A DNA stretch of 64,000 bases from Acutalibacteraceae bacterium (GCA_045578425.1 JAZNKF010000065.1:10105-74104); one strand, 5' to 3'; positions 37,103 to 47,478 are shown, counted from the first letter of the stretch. Program-made: numbers and translations. The notes: a model not told the origin generated them from the letters alone.

Positions 37103-38203
37103 TTTAAGGCCCAATATAATATCGCAAATAGTGTCCACGTCCGAAAGAGGCAGATCGGCATACAGTGGCAATGTTAATACTTGATGGCTGATACGCAATG
37201 CAACAGGCGTTTCATTTGAGTCGTATTGACCGCTAAAACAATCAAAAGCGTTGGTCAGCGGATAAAAATATTTGCGAGCACCAATACCGTTTTGCGCCAG
37301 TGCCTCCATAACTTCATTACGGTCGACACCAAACACCGCTTTATCAAATATCACAGGGAAATACGAATAGTTTGGTTGAACATCTCTTTGGACGGGATTT
37401 AATTGTAAACCGTTCACACCAGCGAGCCGTTCATAATAGCGGTCAACAACGGTTTTGCGTTTGGCGATTTCCTCGTCAATGTGGCGTAAATTGCACAGTC
37501 CCATAGCAGCGCAAAATTCGTTCATTTTCGCATTGGCACCCACGCCATCCACAATCTCCGGACCGCGAATACCAAAGTTTTTAAGGCCGTACAACTCTCT
37601 GCCAAAAGCTTCGTCGTGGTAGCACACAGCGCCGCCCTCGATGGAATTGAATACTTTGGTGGCATGGAAACTAAAACACGAAACGTCACCAAAATCACCG
37701 ATGCCTCTGCCTTTATATTTTACACCAAAGGTATGCGCCGCATCGTAAATGACTTTCAGGTTATATTTTTGGGCAATGCGTTCAATTTCTTCGACATTAC
37801 AAATGTTACCGTATACGTGGACGGGTACGATGGCCGACGTTTTTTCCGTAATTAAGGATTCCAATTTATTAACGTCCATGGTAAAATCCACGGGATTAAT
37901 ATCGCAAAACACTGGCTTTAGACCATTACGTACAATCGCATGAGTGGTGGAAGCAAACGTAAACGGGGTAGTAATGACTTCCCCACTCAGATGCAACGCT
38001 TGCATGGAAAGTTCCAATGCCATGTGACCATTGGTGAGTAAATCCACCGCATCTACGGCTAAATAGTCCGCCAGTTGCGTTTGCAATGCTTTGTGCTTTG
38101 GTCCCATATTGGTCAGCCAATGGCTGTCCCAAATATCCTTTATTTCTTCACAGTATTCTTCAAACGAAGGCATGGAAGAACGGGTCACTAAAATGCGATT
38201 CAT
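37097..38203 (-). CDS. DegT/DnrJ/EryC1/StrS-family PLP-dependent sugar aminotransferase
   Basis: ATG 38203 follows GAGGTG. The FHATKVFNSIEGG (Schiff-base Lys region), DAAH and overall family pattern are present. Confidence 0.9.
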   Translation of the reverse strand: MNRILVTRSSMPSFEEYCEEIKDIWDSHWLTNMGPKHKALQTQLADYLAVDAVDLLTNGHMALELSMQALHLSGEVITTPFTFASTTHAIVRNGLKPVFCDINPVDFTMDVNKLESLITEKTSAIVPVHVYGNICNVEEIERIAQKYNLKVIYDAAHTFGVKYKGRGIGDFGDVSCFSFHATKVFNSIEGGAVCYHDEAFGRELYGLKNFGIRGPEIVDGVGANAKMNEFCAAMGLCNLRHIDEEIAKRKTVVDRYYERLAGVNGLQLNPVQRDVQPNYSYFPVIFDKAVFGVDRNEVMEALAQNGIGARKYFYPLTNAFDCFSGQYDSNETPVALRISHQVLTLPLYADLPLSDVDTICDIILGLKK

Positions 38204-38214
38204 ACCGCTACACC

Positions 38215-38496
38215 TCAATTCGATTGCCGATTTTCGTCATTAATCGTTAAGCTTTTTTGCTTTTTCAAGTACATGGTAAGGAGGCCTAAGCAGACAACAA
38301 TATTACCACCGTAAATTAAAACACCAAAAATTTTCTTTTGAATAAACACGCAAATAGCCGTTGCGGTTTCCCCGCCAATGACAAAAGCGACCAGAAAACC
38401 CAAAAACGTTAATCCGCCTGCAAACAAGCAAAAGAAGATTCCGTAACTGTATATTTTTGTGAGTACCGCAATAAGTTTTTTCAAAAAGGCAGTCAT
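38215..38496 (-). CDS. Small hydrophobic protein (2-3 TM helices), unknown function
   Basis: ATG 38496 follows AAGGAG. It is 93 aa and sits tightly between the DctM-like and DegT genes. I recognise no family. Confidence 0.5.
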   Translation of the reverse strand: MTAFLKKLIAVLTKIYSYGIFFCLFAGGLTFLGFLVAFVIGGETATAICVFIQKKIFGVLIYGGNIVVCLGLLTMYLKKQKSLTINDENRQSN

Positions 38497-38512
38497 ATCG
38501 TTCGCTCCTTTC

Positions 38513-39871
38513 TCACAGGCCAAGAATGGGCAGTACTTCAAGCAACATGAGCACTTCCAGGATATATTGCGCGGCTACCCACCACAAATCGTTGATGACC
38601 GTTTTCTTAAAATCCGATTCCGCAATACTCATGCCCGCATACATACCAAGCGCCAACGGCGGTGTGATACCGCACATGACACCGCAAATGCAGGGAAGCA
38701 TAGCGGCAATATACAGCGGATTGGAACCCACCGCGGCAAACGCCGCAATGAATACCGGACCAAAAATAACGACTTGCGATGAACCGGGAACCACCATCCC
38801 TAAAAAGCACGTAATCAACGGGACAACAAAGGCTAATCCCACGCGGGAAAGATTCATTTGGCTCAAAAATACCGAAAGGCCGGTGGTAACGTCGATATCG
38901 GCAAATAATTCGCCAATCATGTAGCCAAACAAGCAGGCGGCAATCGGCCCGACCAAGGATTTCATCTTGTTGCCAAACACATCCGCTAACTTGGCAAGGG
39001 TGAATTCTTTTTTGTTTTCGGCAATGAGCAAGGCATAAATCGTCGCAATACCGGCAATGAAAAACAACAAACATTTGGAAAAAGCCGAAGCCCCTGCCGT
39101 TCCCAGACGCTGCGCAATAAAATCCGACGCTACGCTATCAAACACAAACGGAACCAAGATAATAACGGGTAAAAGCAGCCCTTTCCAGCCGTTTTTGAAC
39201 GTTTCTTTGAGCGAGGGGATATCTTCCTTTGCCATGGGCTTGACATGATAATATTTGCAGAATGCCCACACCATCAAGATGCGCTGTGCAATAAAATACA
39301 GCGAGATACCCCACAACACTACCCAGAATTGTCCTGATGTCACCTGGGCGTCGGGATACAGCGCCATAAAGGCACCGAGTGCTCCCACAATATTGGAACT
39401 CGGCGGAATCATGTTACCAAGATAACTGGAAGTGCTTTCGACATTGGCTGCCAAATGCGACGGAAAACCCACTTTTTTCATAGCGGGAATGGTAATCACA
39501 CCGGTTGCCATGACATTGCCGGGACCCGAACCCGAAAGGGCGCCCATGAACGATGAAGTAATCACCGCCACGTAACCGGCACCACCCGTGACACGACCTA
39601 AACATGACAGGATTAAATACACGCACGAATCGATTACCTTGGTGTGTGTCAGCAATTGGCTCATTGCCACAAAAGCAATCATGGAATACAACAAGCCTGT
39701 GGAAAGAGCGCCGTCTATGTATTGCCAAATATTTTCCCACGTACCGGTAATCGCTACCAAAATCAGAAACGACAAAAACAGTGCTTCATACACGGGACGT
39801 TTGAGCAGTACAAACCACAGTAAAATAAACGCTAATAAAAAGATAAGATACAACAGTGCAGAAGGTATCAT
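38513..39871 (-). CDS. TRAP-transporter large-permease-like protein (DctM family)
   Basis: 452 aa, RBS AAGGAG. It has GALSGSGPGNVMATGVITIPAMKKVGFP, GNMIPPSSNIV and GITPPLALGMY, which resemble conserved DctM blocks. No DctP or DctQ gene lies in the window. Confidence 0.7.
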   Translation of the reverse strand: MIPSALLYLIFLLAFILLWFVLLKRPVYEALFLSFLILVAITGTWENIWQYIDGALSTGLLYSMIAFVAMSQLLTHTKVIDSCVYLILSCLGRVTGGAGYVAVITSSFMGALSGSGPGNVMATGVITIPAMKKVGFPSHLAANVESTSSYLGNMIPPSSNIVGALGAFMALYPDAQVTSGQFWVVLWGISLYFIAQRILMVWAFCKYYHVKPMAKEDIPSLKETFKNGWKGLLLPVIILVPFVFDSVASDFIAQRLGTAGASAFSKCLLFFIAGIATIYALLIAENKKEFTLAKLADVFGNKMKSLVGPIAACLFGYMIGELFADIDVTTGLSVFLSQMNLSRVGLAFVVPLITCFLGMVVPGSSQVVIFGPVFIAAFAAVGSNPLYIAAMLPCICGVMCGITPPLALGMYAGMSIAESDFKKTVINDLWWVAAQYILEVLMLLEVLPILGL

Positions 39872-39874
39872 TTT

Positions 39875-41104
39875 TTACTCCTTAATATCAGGCAACAAAT
39901 CGTGCCGCATAATATCCGTCCCGTTAACGTCTAGTACTTTCACGGCGGCGGTGGCAGTTTTGTGTTTTTGCTGTAATTCCCCGATGGAATCTGCCCCAAT
40001 CGTAAATCCGCAAACACGGTCACCGCTACTTTGAATACCCGTCATCTGTGCACCTTGCCATTTGAATAAATAATAGTCCACAATGACACCGTTTCTTTTA
40101 AGTTCTTCAAAACCAACAAGTTTATCAAACACACCATTTTGGCAATAGACAAACTCGTTACTGATATACCGGTATTTCCCGCCAAGATCCCCGACATGAG
40201 GTATCTGCCCCAACGTCAAATCGACAACTCCTTGAATGACATCAAAACCACTGGCATTTTGAATCATCAAATATTTCACACCGCCGCCGGTACGCGCACT
40301 GAATTCCAACACGAATATATGCCCGTTACGGTAAATGGCTTGTATCAACATGGGGGCATTTTTAATACCGAAAGCATCCGCAATTTTTTGCGCGACTTCG
40401 CCTATTTCTTCTTGTACGATTGTTGCTTCTTTGGCGGGGTAATTGCCGCGGAATATCACAAATTTATCGGCATCGGCAATTTTTTCACTGTTCGATACGC
40501 ACAGCACGTGCGCTTTGCCCTCTTCTACCCATACATCAATGGAAAGTTCGGGACCCTCAATGAACTCTTCTGCCACAGCGGTACCGGTACGACTAAATTC
40601 CAGTGCATCGGCAAGTGCCGCTTTGAATTCGGCCATGTTGGTCACTTTGCGGACACCTTTGGAGCTGTTACAATCCGCCGGTTTAACAATTAAAGGAAAG
40701 GACAAGTTGGGGAGCGTGTACGGTTCGTTTTTGTGAATGGTCACATGCTTTGCTGTGGGAATGCCGTTTGCTAAAAAGACATCTTTCATGTATTTTTTGT
40801 TGGTGACGTTGCGTGCCGTTTCGTAATCCACGTAACACGGCAACCTCAGATTTTCCGAAACCTTGGCAACCGTCAGCAACGCTTGGTCAGTACACGCGGT
40901 AATCAAAAAGTCAACCGCTTCCGATTGCGCGATTTCTTGTATTTTTTCGACATCTAACGTGGAAACTTGAAAAAATTTATCGGCATACGGTTTTGCCACC
41001 GGCTCGGCATAGTAATCTGCCAATAATGTATAAATACCGCGGCGTTTTAATTCACCAATTAACGCGATTTGTGCATATCCGCCGGCAAGTACCAAAGCTT
41101 TCAT
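39875..41104 (-). CDS. ATP-grasp domain ligase (carboxylate-amine ligase-like), copy A
   Basis: ATG 41104 starts MKALVLAGG. It shows PLIVKPADCNSSKGV, EEFIEGPELSID and LEFSARTGGG, the ATP-grasp fold signatures. Confidence 0.8.
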   Translation of the reverse strand: MKALVLAGGYAQIALIGELKRRGIYTLLADYYAEPVAKPYADKFFQVSTLDVEKIQEIAQSEAVDFLITACTDQALLTVAKVSENLRLPCYVDYETARNVTNKKYMKDVFLANGIPTAKHVTIHKNEPYTLPNLSFPLIVKPADCNSSKGVRKVTNMAEFKAALADALEFSRTGTAVAEEFIEGPELSIDVWVEEGKAHVLCVSNSEKIADADKFVIFRGNYPAKEATIVQEEIGEVAQKIADAFGIKNAPMLIQAIYRNGHIFVLEFSARTGGGVKYLMIQNASGFDVIQGVVDLTLGQIPHVGDLGGKYRYISNEFVYCQNGVFDKLVGFEELKRNGVIVDYYLFKWQGAQMTGIQSSGDRVCGFTIGADSIGELQQKHKTATAAVKVLDVNGTDIMRHDLLPDIKE

Positions 41105-41109
41105 GTTTT

Positions 41110-42120
41110 TCACCCTTTTTTTGTCGTTAAAATCAATTCCTTGTAAGCGCGAACACCGCTTTTGGCCGTCAACCATTCAGGCAACACCTCTTGACCGCTT
41201 ACCCAATTCACCAGTGCCCGCGGGAGATTGCACCCTGCCACGTGGCTGAACGGATACCCTCCACCGAATCGAGCGTTCATTTCCAAAACATACGGTCTTC
41301 CGTCTACCAAAAAGAAATCGCAATCCATGTTGCCGATATGCTTGGTCAGTTTCCCAAGCCGCTCTGCTTCGGCAAACAAGGCTGGTTCTTCTACCGTTTC
41401 ACCGATATCGGTCTCACCTGCACGCATGGCTAATTTCTTTTTCACAATAGCGTTGCAAAACCGACCTTCCAAATCGTTGATAATATCGATACCGTATTCC
41501 TGCCCTGTCAACATTTCCTGGAAAATAATTTTTTCTTCCACCGTATCCGACTCATACCTAAGATACGTTCTGCGGACAGCTCGTGTATTGCGCGTATAGT
41601 AATATAACAGCGCCATTTCATCTTCTGCCACCGACATGGCTAAGGAACCGCAGCCGAAGCGCGGTTTAACAATGACAGGATAATGAATTTCACCGGATTC
41701 CAACGCCAACATAGCAGATTGCAAAGTCAAATACGTTTTGGGAACACCAAAGCCGTTTTCTTTCAAAAACTCGTATGTTTTCCATTTGTCGTTGCATATT
41801 TCCAGCAAATTTGCATCAGATACGACAACACGTGTGCCAATGGCTTCAAAGCGGTCCTTGTTTTTTGCCAACACCGGTAAATCAATATCAAACAGCGATA
41901 CAATCATATCAATAGCTTGTTCTTTACAGTAGTTAAGTAAAAACGGAATATATTCATCACTGTAAATAAGCGGGGAAATCACACTGCGGTCAGCATATTG
42001 AAACGCTACCGTTAAATCATCGGAATTGCAAACATGTACTTCTCCGTCGGGTACTACGGCTTGTTTAAAATATTGTACCATGTAAGCCCGTCTGCCAACC
42101 GAAGTCAATAAAACGTTCAT
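41110..42120 (-). CDS. ATP-grasp domain ligase (carbamoyl-phosphate-synthase-L-like ATP-binding domain), copy B
   Basis: 336 aa with PVIVKPRFGCGS, FQEMLTGQEYGIDII and VLEMNARFGGGYPFSH. Confidence 0.8.
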   Translation of the reverse strand: MNVLLTSVGRRAYMVQYFKQAVVPDGEVHVCNSDDLTVAFQYADRSVISPLIYSDEYIPFLLNYCKEQAIDMIVSLFDIDLPVLAKNKDRFEAIGTRVVVSDANLLEICNDKWKTYEFLKENGFGVPKTYLTLQSAMLALESGEIHYPVIVKPRFGCGSLAMSVAEDEMALLYYYTRNTRAVRRTYLRYESDTVEEKIIFQEMLTGQEYGIDIINDLEGRFCNAIVKKKLAMRAGETDIGETVEEPALFAEAERLGKLTKHIGNMDCDFFLVDGRPYVLEMNARFGGGYPFSHVAGCNLPRALVNWVSGQEVLPEWLTAKSGVRAYKELILTTKKG

Positions 42121-42123
42121 ACC

Positions 42124-42591
42124 CTACTCCTTTTCAAAATAGCACACCAAATGCGTGTTCTGCGGACGGGGTTCGTTCGGCAACAAGAATGGCTTAAAAC
42201 CCAAACCGTGATACAGGCGTATTGCAGTCGCATTGGAATTTGTGGTATATAGATGCACCCCGTCAAGGCCTTTGGCACGACTGATACCCAAAAACTCTTT
42301 GACCAAATAACGAGCATGGCCTTTCCCCTGCGCTGCAGGCAACGTTGCCACCACCGAAATATATCCCAACCGATTATCGGTGTTTTCGGTATATCCCGCA
42401 ACCATCGCTACTATCGTGTCGCCTTCAAACTTCGCGCATATAGTTGCTTTTTCATTGAGTTTTTGAGCAAAAGAAAACAATTCTTGTTTTTGAGATAAAG
42501 GAACCTCAAACAGTGTATCCACGGCAGTGAGAAAGGTAAAAATTTGTGATACAGATGGTTTAGTCATGAATAATCGTTCCCTTTTGGTCAT
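42124..42591 (-). CDS. GNAT-family N-acetyltransferase
   Basis: 155 aa with the acetyl-CoA-binding region YISVVATLPAAQGKGHARYLVKEF. The alternative start at 42567 (ATGACTAA overlap with the flippase stop) is at least as likely. Confidence 0.8.
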   Translation of the reverse strand: MTKRERLFMTKPSVSQIFTFLTAVDTLFEVPLSQKQELFSFAQKLNEKATICAKFEGDTIVAMVAGYTENTDNRLGYISVVATLPAAQGKGHARYLVKEFLGISRAKGLDGVHLYTTNSNATAIRLYHGLGFKPFLLPNEPRPQNTHLVCYFEKE

Positions 42592-44023
42592 TATCGGCTT
42601 TTTTAAAAATTGCCAGTAACACTAACAGTCCCTTGGGGCGGAAAATCAGCGATAATGTAAGATATACCACAATTCCACTGACAATTTGTAACAACACCGT
42701 AACAAGCGGCGGCAGTGCTATGCGAGCAATTAACCAGACGGCACCCAGCATAACTGTCGAAAACAAAATGGCCGGAAAAATATCTTTGATTTGTTCGGTG
42801 TAGGAATAATCGATCAGTTTTTTGTTGGGGTAAGCATTGACAAAACAACTAATCAAGGTGCTCACCGCGCCGCTCAGCGCAATCGCAATCGGCGAGTCAA
42901 AAAACAGAACGGCAGCGATAAGCAATAACAACCCATACGATTTTTTTATCAGTTCCAACTTGAGAAACAAGTCGCTGCGCCCCATCGCGTTGATGGCTTG
43001 TAAATTACAAGTATGTACCGGCATAAACAAAAGCGTGAAACAGTAAATTTGCAAATACGGTACACACGGTAACCATTTTTCGGTCAACAACACTTTTACC
43101 AACGGTTCGGCAATACCGGCTAGTCCAAACAACACAGGAAAAACCACGTAAGCGCTCACCGCGATAGACGTTTGCATCAAAGTTTTTACTTGTGTTTTGT
43201 CATCTTGTTTGGCGGACATAGCGGGCAACATGACACTTTGTACGGCACCATTGATGCCGTTAATAACAAATTGTGGAAATTGTTTGCCGCGGTTATAAAA
43301 TCCCAGTGTATCGGCCTGATATTTTTTGCCGATTACCAAACTGCGAATGTCTTGATACAAGGTATCCAACAAACCGGAAACGAGCAGTTTCCAGCCATAG
43401 GTAAAGAGTACTTTTACCCTCTCAATATTACACACCAAACGCGGGCGCCAGTCCACCACTTTGAACATAACCAAGCAGGCAATCAACACGTTGAGTACGT
43501 TTTGTACCACCAAAGCCCACACACCGGCGTTTTGGTAAGCCAACGCAATACCCACCACACCGGAAATCACAATACCAAAAGTATTGCTAAAAAACACTTT
43601 GCGAAAATCAAGCTCACGGCTGACCTTGGCCAGTTGAACGGAATTAAAACTACCCGGAAACAACACCAACATCAACACGCGAAACGGCCAGACGATTTCC
43701 GGCATTTTATAGAAAGTAGCAATCGCCGGTGCTGCAAAAAACAAACCGCCGTACACTAACGCAGAAACTCCCATCGTCACCCAAAAAACCGAGGAATAAT
43801 CCTCTTCGGTGACCTCTTTGTTTTGCATTAGCGAGGTATTGAAACCCGACTGAATAAATACGTTTGCCAGATTAACGAAAATCAGCATCATTGCCAAAGC
43901 ACCGTAATGCTCCGGTATCATAATCCGTGCTAAAATCAGTTGCAGAACAAACTGTATTCCTTGAACACCGAAACGCTCCAGCAACTTCCATAGCATACCA
44001 CCTGCAACCGTATTCTGTTTCAT
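42560..44023 (-). CDS. MOP-superfamily oligosaccharide flippase (Wzx)
   Basis: The start MKQNTVAGGMLWKLLERFGVQGIQFVLQLILARI at 44023 overlaps the upstream stop (ATGA). This is a typical Polysacc_synt N-terminus with about 14 TM helices. Confidence 0.8.
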   Translation of the reverse strand: MKQNTVAGGMLWKLLERFGVQGIQFVLQLILARIMIPEHYGALAMMLIFVNLANVFIQSGFNTSLMQNKEVTEEDYSSVFWVTMGVSALVYGGLFFAAPAIATFYKMPEIVWPFRVLMLVLFPGSFNSVQLAKVSRELDFRKVFFSNTFGIVISGVVGIALAYQNAGVWALVVQNVLNVLIACLVMFKVVDWRPRLVCNIERVKVLFTYGWKLLVSGLLDTLYQDIRSLVIGKKYQADTLGFYNRGKQFPQFVINGINGAVQSVMLPAMSAKQDDKTQVKTLMQTSIAVSAYVVFPVLFGLAGIAEPLVKVLLTEKWLPCVPYLQIYCFTLLFMPVHTCNLQAINAMGRSDLFLKLELIKKSYGLLLLIAAVLFFDSPIAIALSGAVSTLISCFVNAYPNKKLIDYSYTEQIKDIFPAILFSTVMLGAVWLIARIALPPLVTVLLQIVSGIVVYLTLSLIFRPKGLLVLLAIFKKADNDQKGTIIHD

Positions 44024-44976
44024 GCACTCACCCACAATTCTTTGTGCAACACATGATGGCGTAAAAAATATTCGAAATACAAACAAATAGTGGCACATTT
44101 TTTCGGGATGTGGGACAGATAGCCCCTAAAATCACGCCACGTTAACTGCCGTTGTTTGACACCTTGCACCAAGGAACGAAAATACAACAACTGCGCATAT
44201 TTAATCGCTGTTTTATTGGTCTGCCGCAAGGCGTATTGCAACAGTTCAAAATACCAGTGCTCATCTTTGGTAAAAGAATACCGCGACGTCGCGCTGAAAC
44301 TGCTGCCATGTGTGGTAATGTGTCGATATGCGCTCATAACTTCCTGCATACAAAACACTTTGCCGTGTGTTGCCAATGCAAAATATAATAAGCGGTCACC
44401 CGGTGAAAGCCGACGTTCAAACAGCGAGGTGTCCATATACGGCTCGTTCATATAATTACGGCACATAACGGTGGTAAGTTGCCCCGGCATTTGTTCGCTG
44501 ACAAAATGACGCAAGGTGTATTCCTCATCCTTACATTCGGGATATTGTTCCCCGTTAGGCAGAGAATCCTCCCCCACCACCACGCAATTATGCGCTACGG
44601 CCAAATATTCGGGATGCGTTTCCAAAAACGTGATTTGTTTTTCGAGCTTGTTTTCATCTGTCCAAAAATCATCGCCTTCTAAGGCAATGATATATTTACC
44701 GCGGCACCGTCTTTTCAAATCCAAAGCGTTAGACACTTCACTGCCGTGCATATTTTTTTCGCGGTAAAACATGGTGAATTTGCCCGGAAAACGCGCTTCA
44801 TACTCCTGCAAAATCGCGCGTGTACCATCGGTGGAAACGTCTTCTCCTACCAAGACTTCATAGGAATACTGCGTTTTTTGCATGAGTACGCTATCCAGCG
44901 CGCGGGCAATATAGTTTTCGTGATTATAGGTAGGAATATAAATGCTAAGCATCGGTTGATTCATACGGCTCACCAT
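44020..44976 (-). CDS. GT2-family glycosyltransferase
   Basis: LSIYIPTYNHENYIARALDSVLMQ and the GEDVSTDGT / EGDDFW (DxD) motifs are present. Confidence 0.85.
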   Translation of the reverse strand: MVSRMNQPMLSIYIPTYNHENYIARALDSVLMQKTQYSYEVLVGEDVSTDGTRAILQEYEARFPGKFTMFYREKNMHGSEVSNALDLKRRCRGKYIIALEGDDFWTDENKLEKQITFLETHPEYLAVAHNCVVVGEDSLPNGEQYPECKDEEYTLRHFVSEQMPGQLTTVMCRNYMNEPYMDTSLFERRLSPGDRLLYFALATHGKVFCMQEVMSAYRHITTHGSSFSATSRYSFTKDEHWYFELLQYALRQTNKTAIKYAQLLYFRSLVQGVKQRQLTWRDFRGYLSHIPKKCATICLYFEYFLRHHVLHKELWVSA

Positions 44977-45545
44977 TTTTGGTCCTTTTCACTGAGATTC
45001 AGCGGTGTACCGTCGGCAAGCGTGTATCCTGCGGCGCTTGCTGTACCGCGATATTCGCCCACTACTTCCGGCCAAACGATACCGATTTTTGGGTCGTTCC
45101 ACGCCAATCCGCCCTCGTCGCCGGGATGGTAAAAATCGGTTACTTTGTAACAAAATTCTGCGGTATCACTCAGGACCAAAAAGCCATGGGCAAAACCCTC
45201 GGAAATGTAAAACTGTTTTTTGTTTTCCTCGGTTAATTCCACGCCAAACCATTGCCCATAAGTGGGGCTACCGTCACGAATATCCACTGCCACGTCGAAC
45301 ACGCGACCTTTGATAACCCGCACTAATTTTCCTTGCGCGTATTGTTTTTGAAAATGCAATCCTCGCAACACGCCCTTGACCGACATGCTCTGGTTATCTT
45401 GAACAAACACCATGTTAAGACCGGCTTCAGCCATATCTTTTTGGTTGTAGGTTTCGACAAAATAGCCGCGGCTATCCCCGTGGACAGTCGGTTCAATAAC
45501 GTATAACCCCTCTATCGGGCAAGGGGTGACTTTAATTTGCCCCAT
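44970..45545 (-). CDS. rfbC: dTDP-4-dehydrorhamnose 3,5-epimerase
   Basis: 191 aa with GDSRGYFVETY, RGLHFQ and AHGFLVLSD, the canonical RmlC blocks. Confidence 0.9.
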   Translation of the reverse strand: MGQIKVTPCPIEGLYVIEPTVHGDSRGYFVETYNQKDMAEAGLNMVFVQDNQSMSVKGVLRGLHFQKQYAQGKLVRVIKGRVFDVAVDIRDGSPTYGQWFGVELTEENKKQFYISEGFAHGFLVLSDTAEFCYKVTDFYHPGDEGGLAWNDPKIGIVWPEVVGEYRGTASAAGYTLADGTPLNLSEKDQKW

Positions 45546-46437
45546 CGTTTTCTAACTCCTTCAAATAGCGTGTCAGCGCGTCTTGCCACGTCGGCAACGG
45601 CCGGAAACCCGCTTTTTGTAACTTACACTTCTCTAAACGACTGTTAAACGGTCGCGCCGCTTTACTAAGCCCATATTCCGCGGTGGTCACCGGTACAACG
45701 CTGGTACTGTACCCCGCTTGACGAAAAATCTCGCAAGCAAAATCGTACCAACTGATATACCCGCCTTCGTTGGTGGCGTGGTAGAAACCATATTTTTCAG
45801 TTTCAATCATATCTACCAACAATCGCGCAAGGTCAAACGTGTACGTCGGTGTGCCGATTTGGTCGTTTACTACCCGTACCGTATCGTATTTCTTGCCGAC
45901 TTTGAGCATGGTTTTGATAAAGTTGTTTCCGTTTTTACCAAACACCCACGCGATACGTACTACAAAAAACTTATCCAGTGTAGTTTGCACCGCGCGTTCA
46001 CCGTCAAGCTTGGTTTGACCGTAGACATTCAGCGGTGCAAAGTCGCGGCAATCCGGTTCCCACGGTGTCTCCCCTTGTCCATCAAACACATAGTCGGTAG
46101 AAATATACATCATTTTGCAATCTACCAGTTTGCAAGCGGTGGCAAGGTACTGTGTACCAAGCGCGTTTACCGCTTTGACGGTATCGCGGTTTCCTTCGTC
46201 TTCGGCAGCATCCACCGCTGTCCAAGCCGCGCAATGAATGACCGCATCGGGTTTTGCTTCGGTAATCACCGACAAAACCGCAGTTTTATCGGTGATATCT
46301 AGTGGAATGTAGGGCCATTCGGTATGCGAACAGGACAAAGCAATATCCGAGCCGATACATTCGTGCCCACGTTTATGAAGTTCGTTCATAACATCGTAGC
46401 CTAACTGACCGCCGACACCGGTGACAAAAACTTTCAT
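45532..46437 (-). CDS. rfbD: dTDP-4-dehydrorhamnose reductase
   Basis: 301 aa with VTGVGGQLG, STDYVFDG and YGQTKLDGE, the canonical RmlD blocks. Confidence 0.9.
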   Translation of the reverse strand: MKVFVTGVGGQLGYDVMNELHKRGHECIGSDIALSCSHTEWPYIPLDITDKTAVLSVITEAKPDAVIHCAAWTAVDAAEDEGNRDTVKAVNALGTQYLATACKLVDCKMMYISTDYVFDGQGETPWEPDCRDFAPLNVYGQTKLDGERAVQTTLDKFFVVRIAWVFGKNGNNFIKTMLKVGKKYDTVRVVNDQIGTPTYTFDLARLLVDMIETEKYGFYHATNEGGYISWYDFACEIFRQAGYSTSVVPVTTAEYGLSKAARPFNSRLEKCKLQKAGFRPLPTWQDALTRYLKELENDGAN

Positions 46438-46446
46438 GGATAACTC

Positions 46447-47466
46447 CTATCGATTCGCGTACATTTTTTCGTAGTAGTGTTGATATTCACCGGAAATGAT
46501 GGTTTCCCACCATTCTTTATTATCCAAATACCACTGAATGGTTTTTTGAATACCGTCGGCAAATTTGGTTTCGGGCAGCCAACCCAATTCCGTATGAATT
46601 TTGGTGGGGTCAATGGCGTAACGCATATCGTGACCTTTACGGTCGGTAACGTAGGTAATCAAGCTTTCGGGTTTACCGAGCGCTTTACATATCATTTTGA
46701 CGATGTCAATATTTTTCATTTCGTTATGGCCGCCAATGTTATACACTTCACCCTCGCGACCGTTATGCAAGATTAAATCAATCGCTTTGCAATGGTCTTC
46801 CACGTACAACCAATCGCGAACGTTGAGGCCGTTGCCGTACACCGGTAACGGTTTGTCATTAAGAGCATTGGCAATCATCAGCGGAATGAGTTTTTCAGGA
46901 AAATGGTACGGACCGTAGTTGTTAGAACAGCGGGAAATCGTCACCGGCAAACCAAAGGTGCGGTGATACGCTTGTACCAACAAGTCGGCACCTGCTTTGG
47001 ACGAAGAATACGGCGAACTGGTATGAATCGGCGTTTCTTCCGTAAAGAACAAGTCGGGACGGTCAAGCGGTAAATCGCCGTACACTTCGTCGGTGGAAAC
47101 TTGGTGATATCGTTTGATACCGTATTTCCGACAAGCATCCATCAAGACTTGGGTACCCAAAATATTGGTTTGCAAAAACACTTCCGGGTTTTCGATAGAA
47201 CGGTCCACGTGACTTTCGGCGGCAAAGTTTACCACCATGTCGGGGCGTTCTTCTTCAAACAGTTGATATACCCCTGCGCGGTCGCAGATATCCAGTTTGA
47301 CAAAACGGAAGTTGGGATTGTCCATCACGGGAGCTAATGTGCTCAAATTCCCCGCGTAGGTAAGCTTGTCCAAGCAAATGATGCGATAATCGGGATATTT
47401 TTTAAGCATATGGAACACAAAATTCGAACCGATAAATCCCGCACCGCCGGTGACAATGATGGTCAT
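46447..47466 (-). CDS. rfbB: dTDP-glucose 4,6-dehydratase
   Basis: 339 aa with VTGGAGFIGSNF, STDEVYGD and YSSSKAGADLL, the canonical RmlB blocks. Confidence 0.95.
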   Translation of the reverse strand: MTIIVTGGAGFIGSNFVFHMLKKYPDYRIICLDKLTYAGNLSTLAPVMDNPNFRFVKLDICDRAGVYQLFEEERPDMVVNFAAESHVDRSIENPEVFLQTNILGTQVLMDACRKYGIKRYHQVSTDEVYGDLPLDRPDLFFTEETPIHTSSPYSSSKAGADLLVQAYHRTFGLPVTISRCSNNYGPYHFPEKLIPLMIANALNDKPLPVYGNGLNVRDWLYVEDHCKAIDLILHNGREGEVYNIGGHNEMKNIDIVKMICKALGKPESLITYVTDRKGHDMRYAIDPTKIHTELGWLPETKFADGIQKTIQWYLDNKEWWETIISGEYQHYYEKMYANR

Positions 47467-47478
47467 AGGTTTTCCTCC

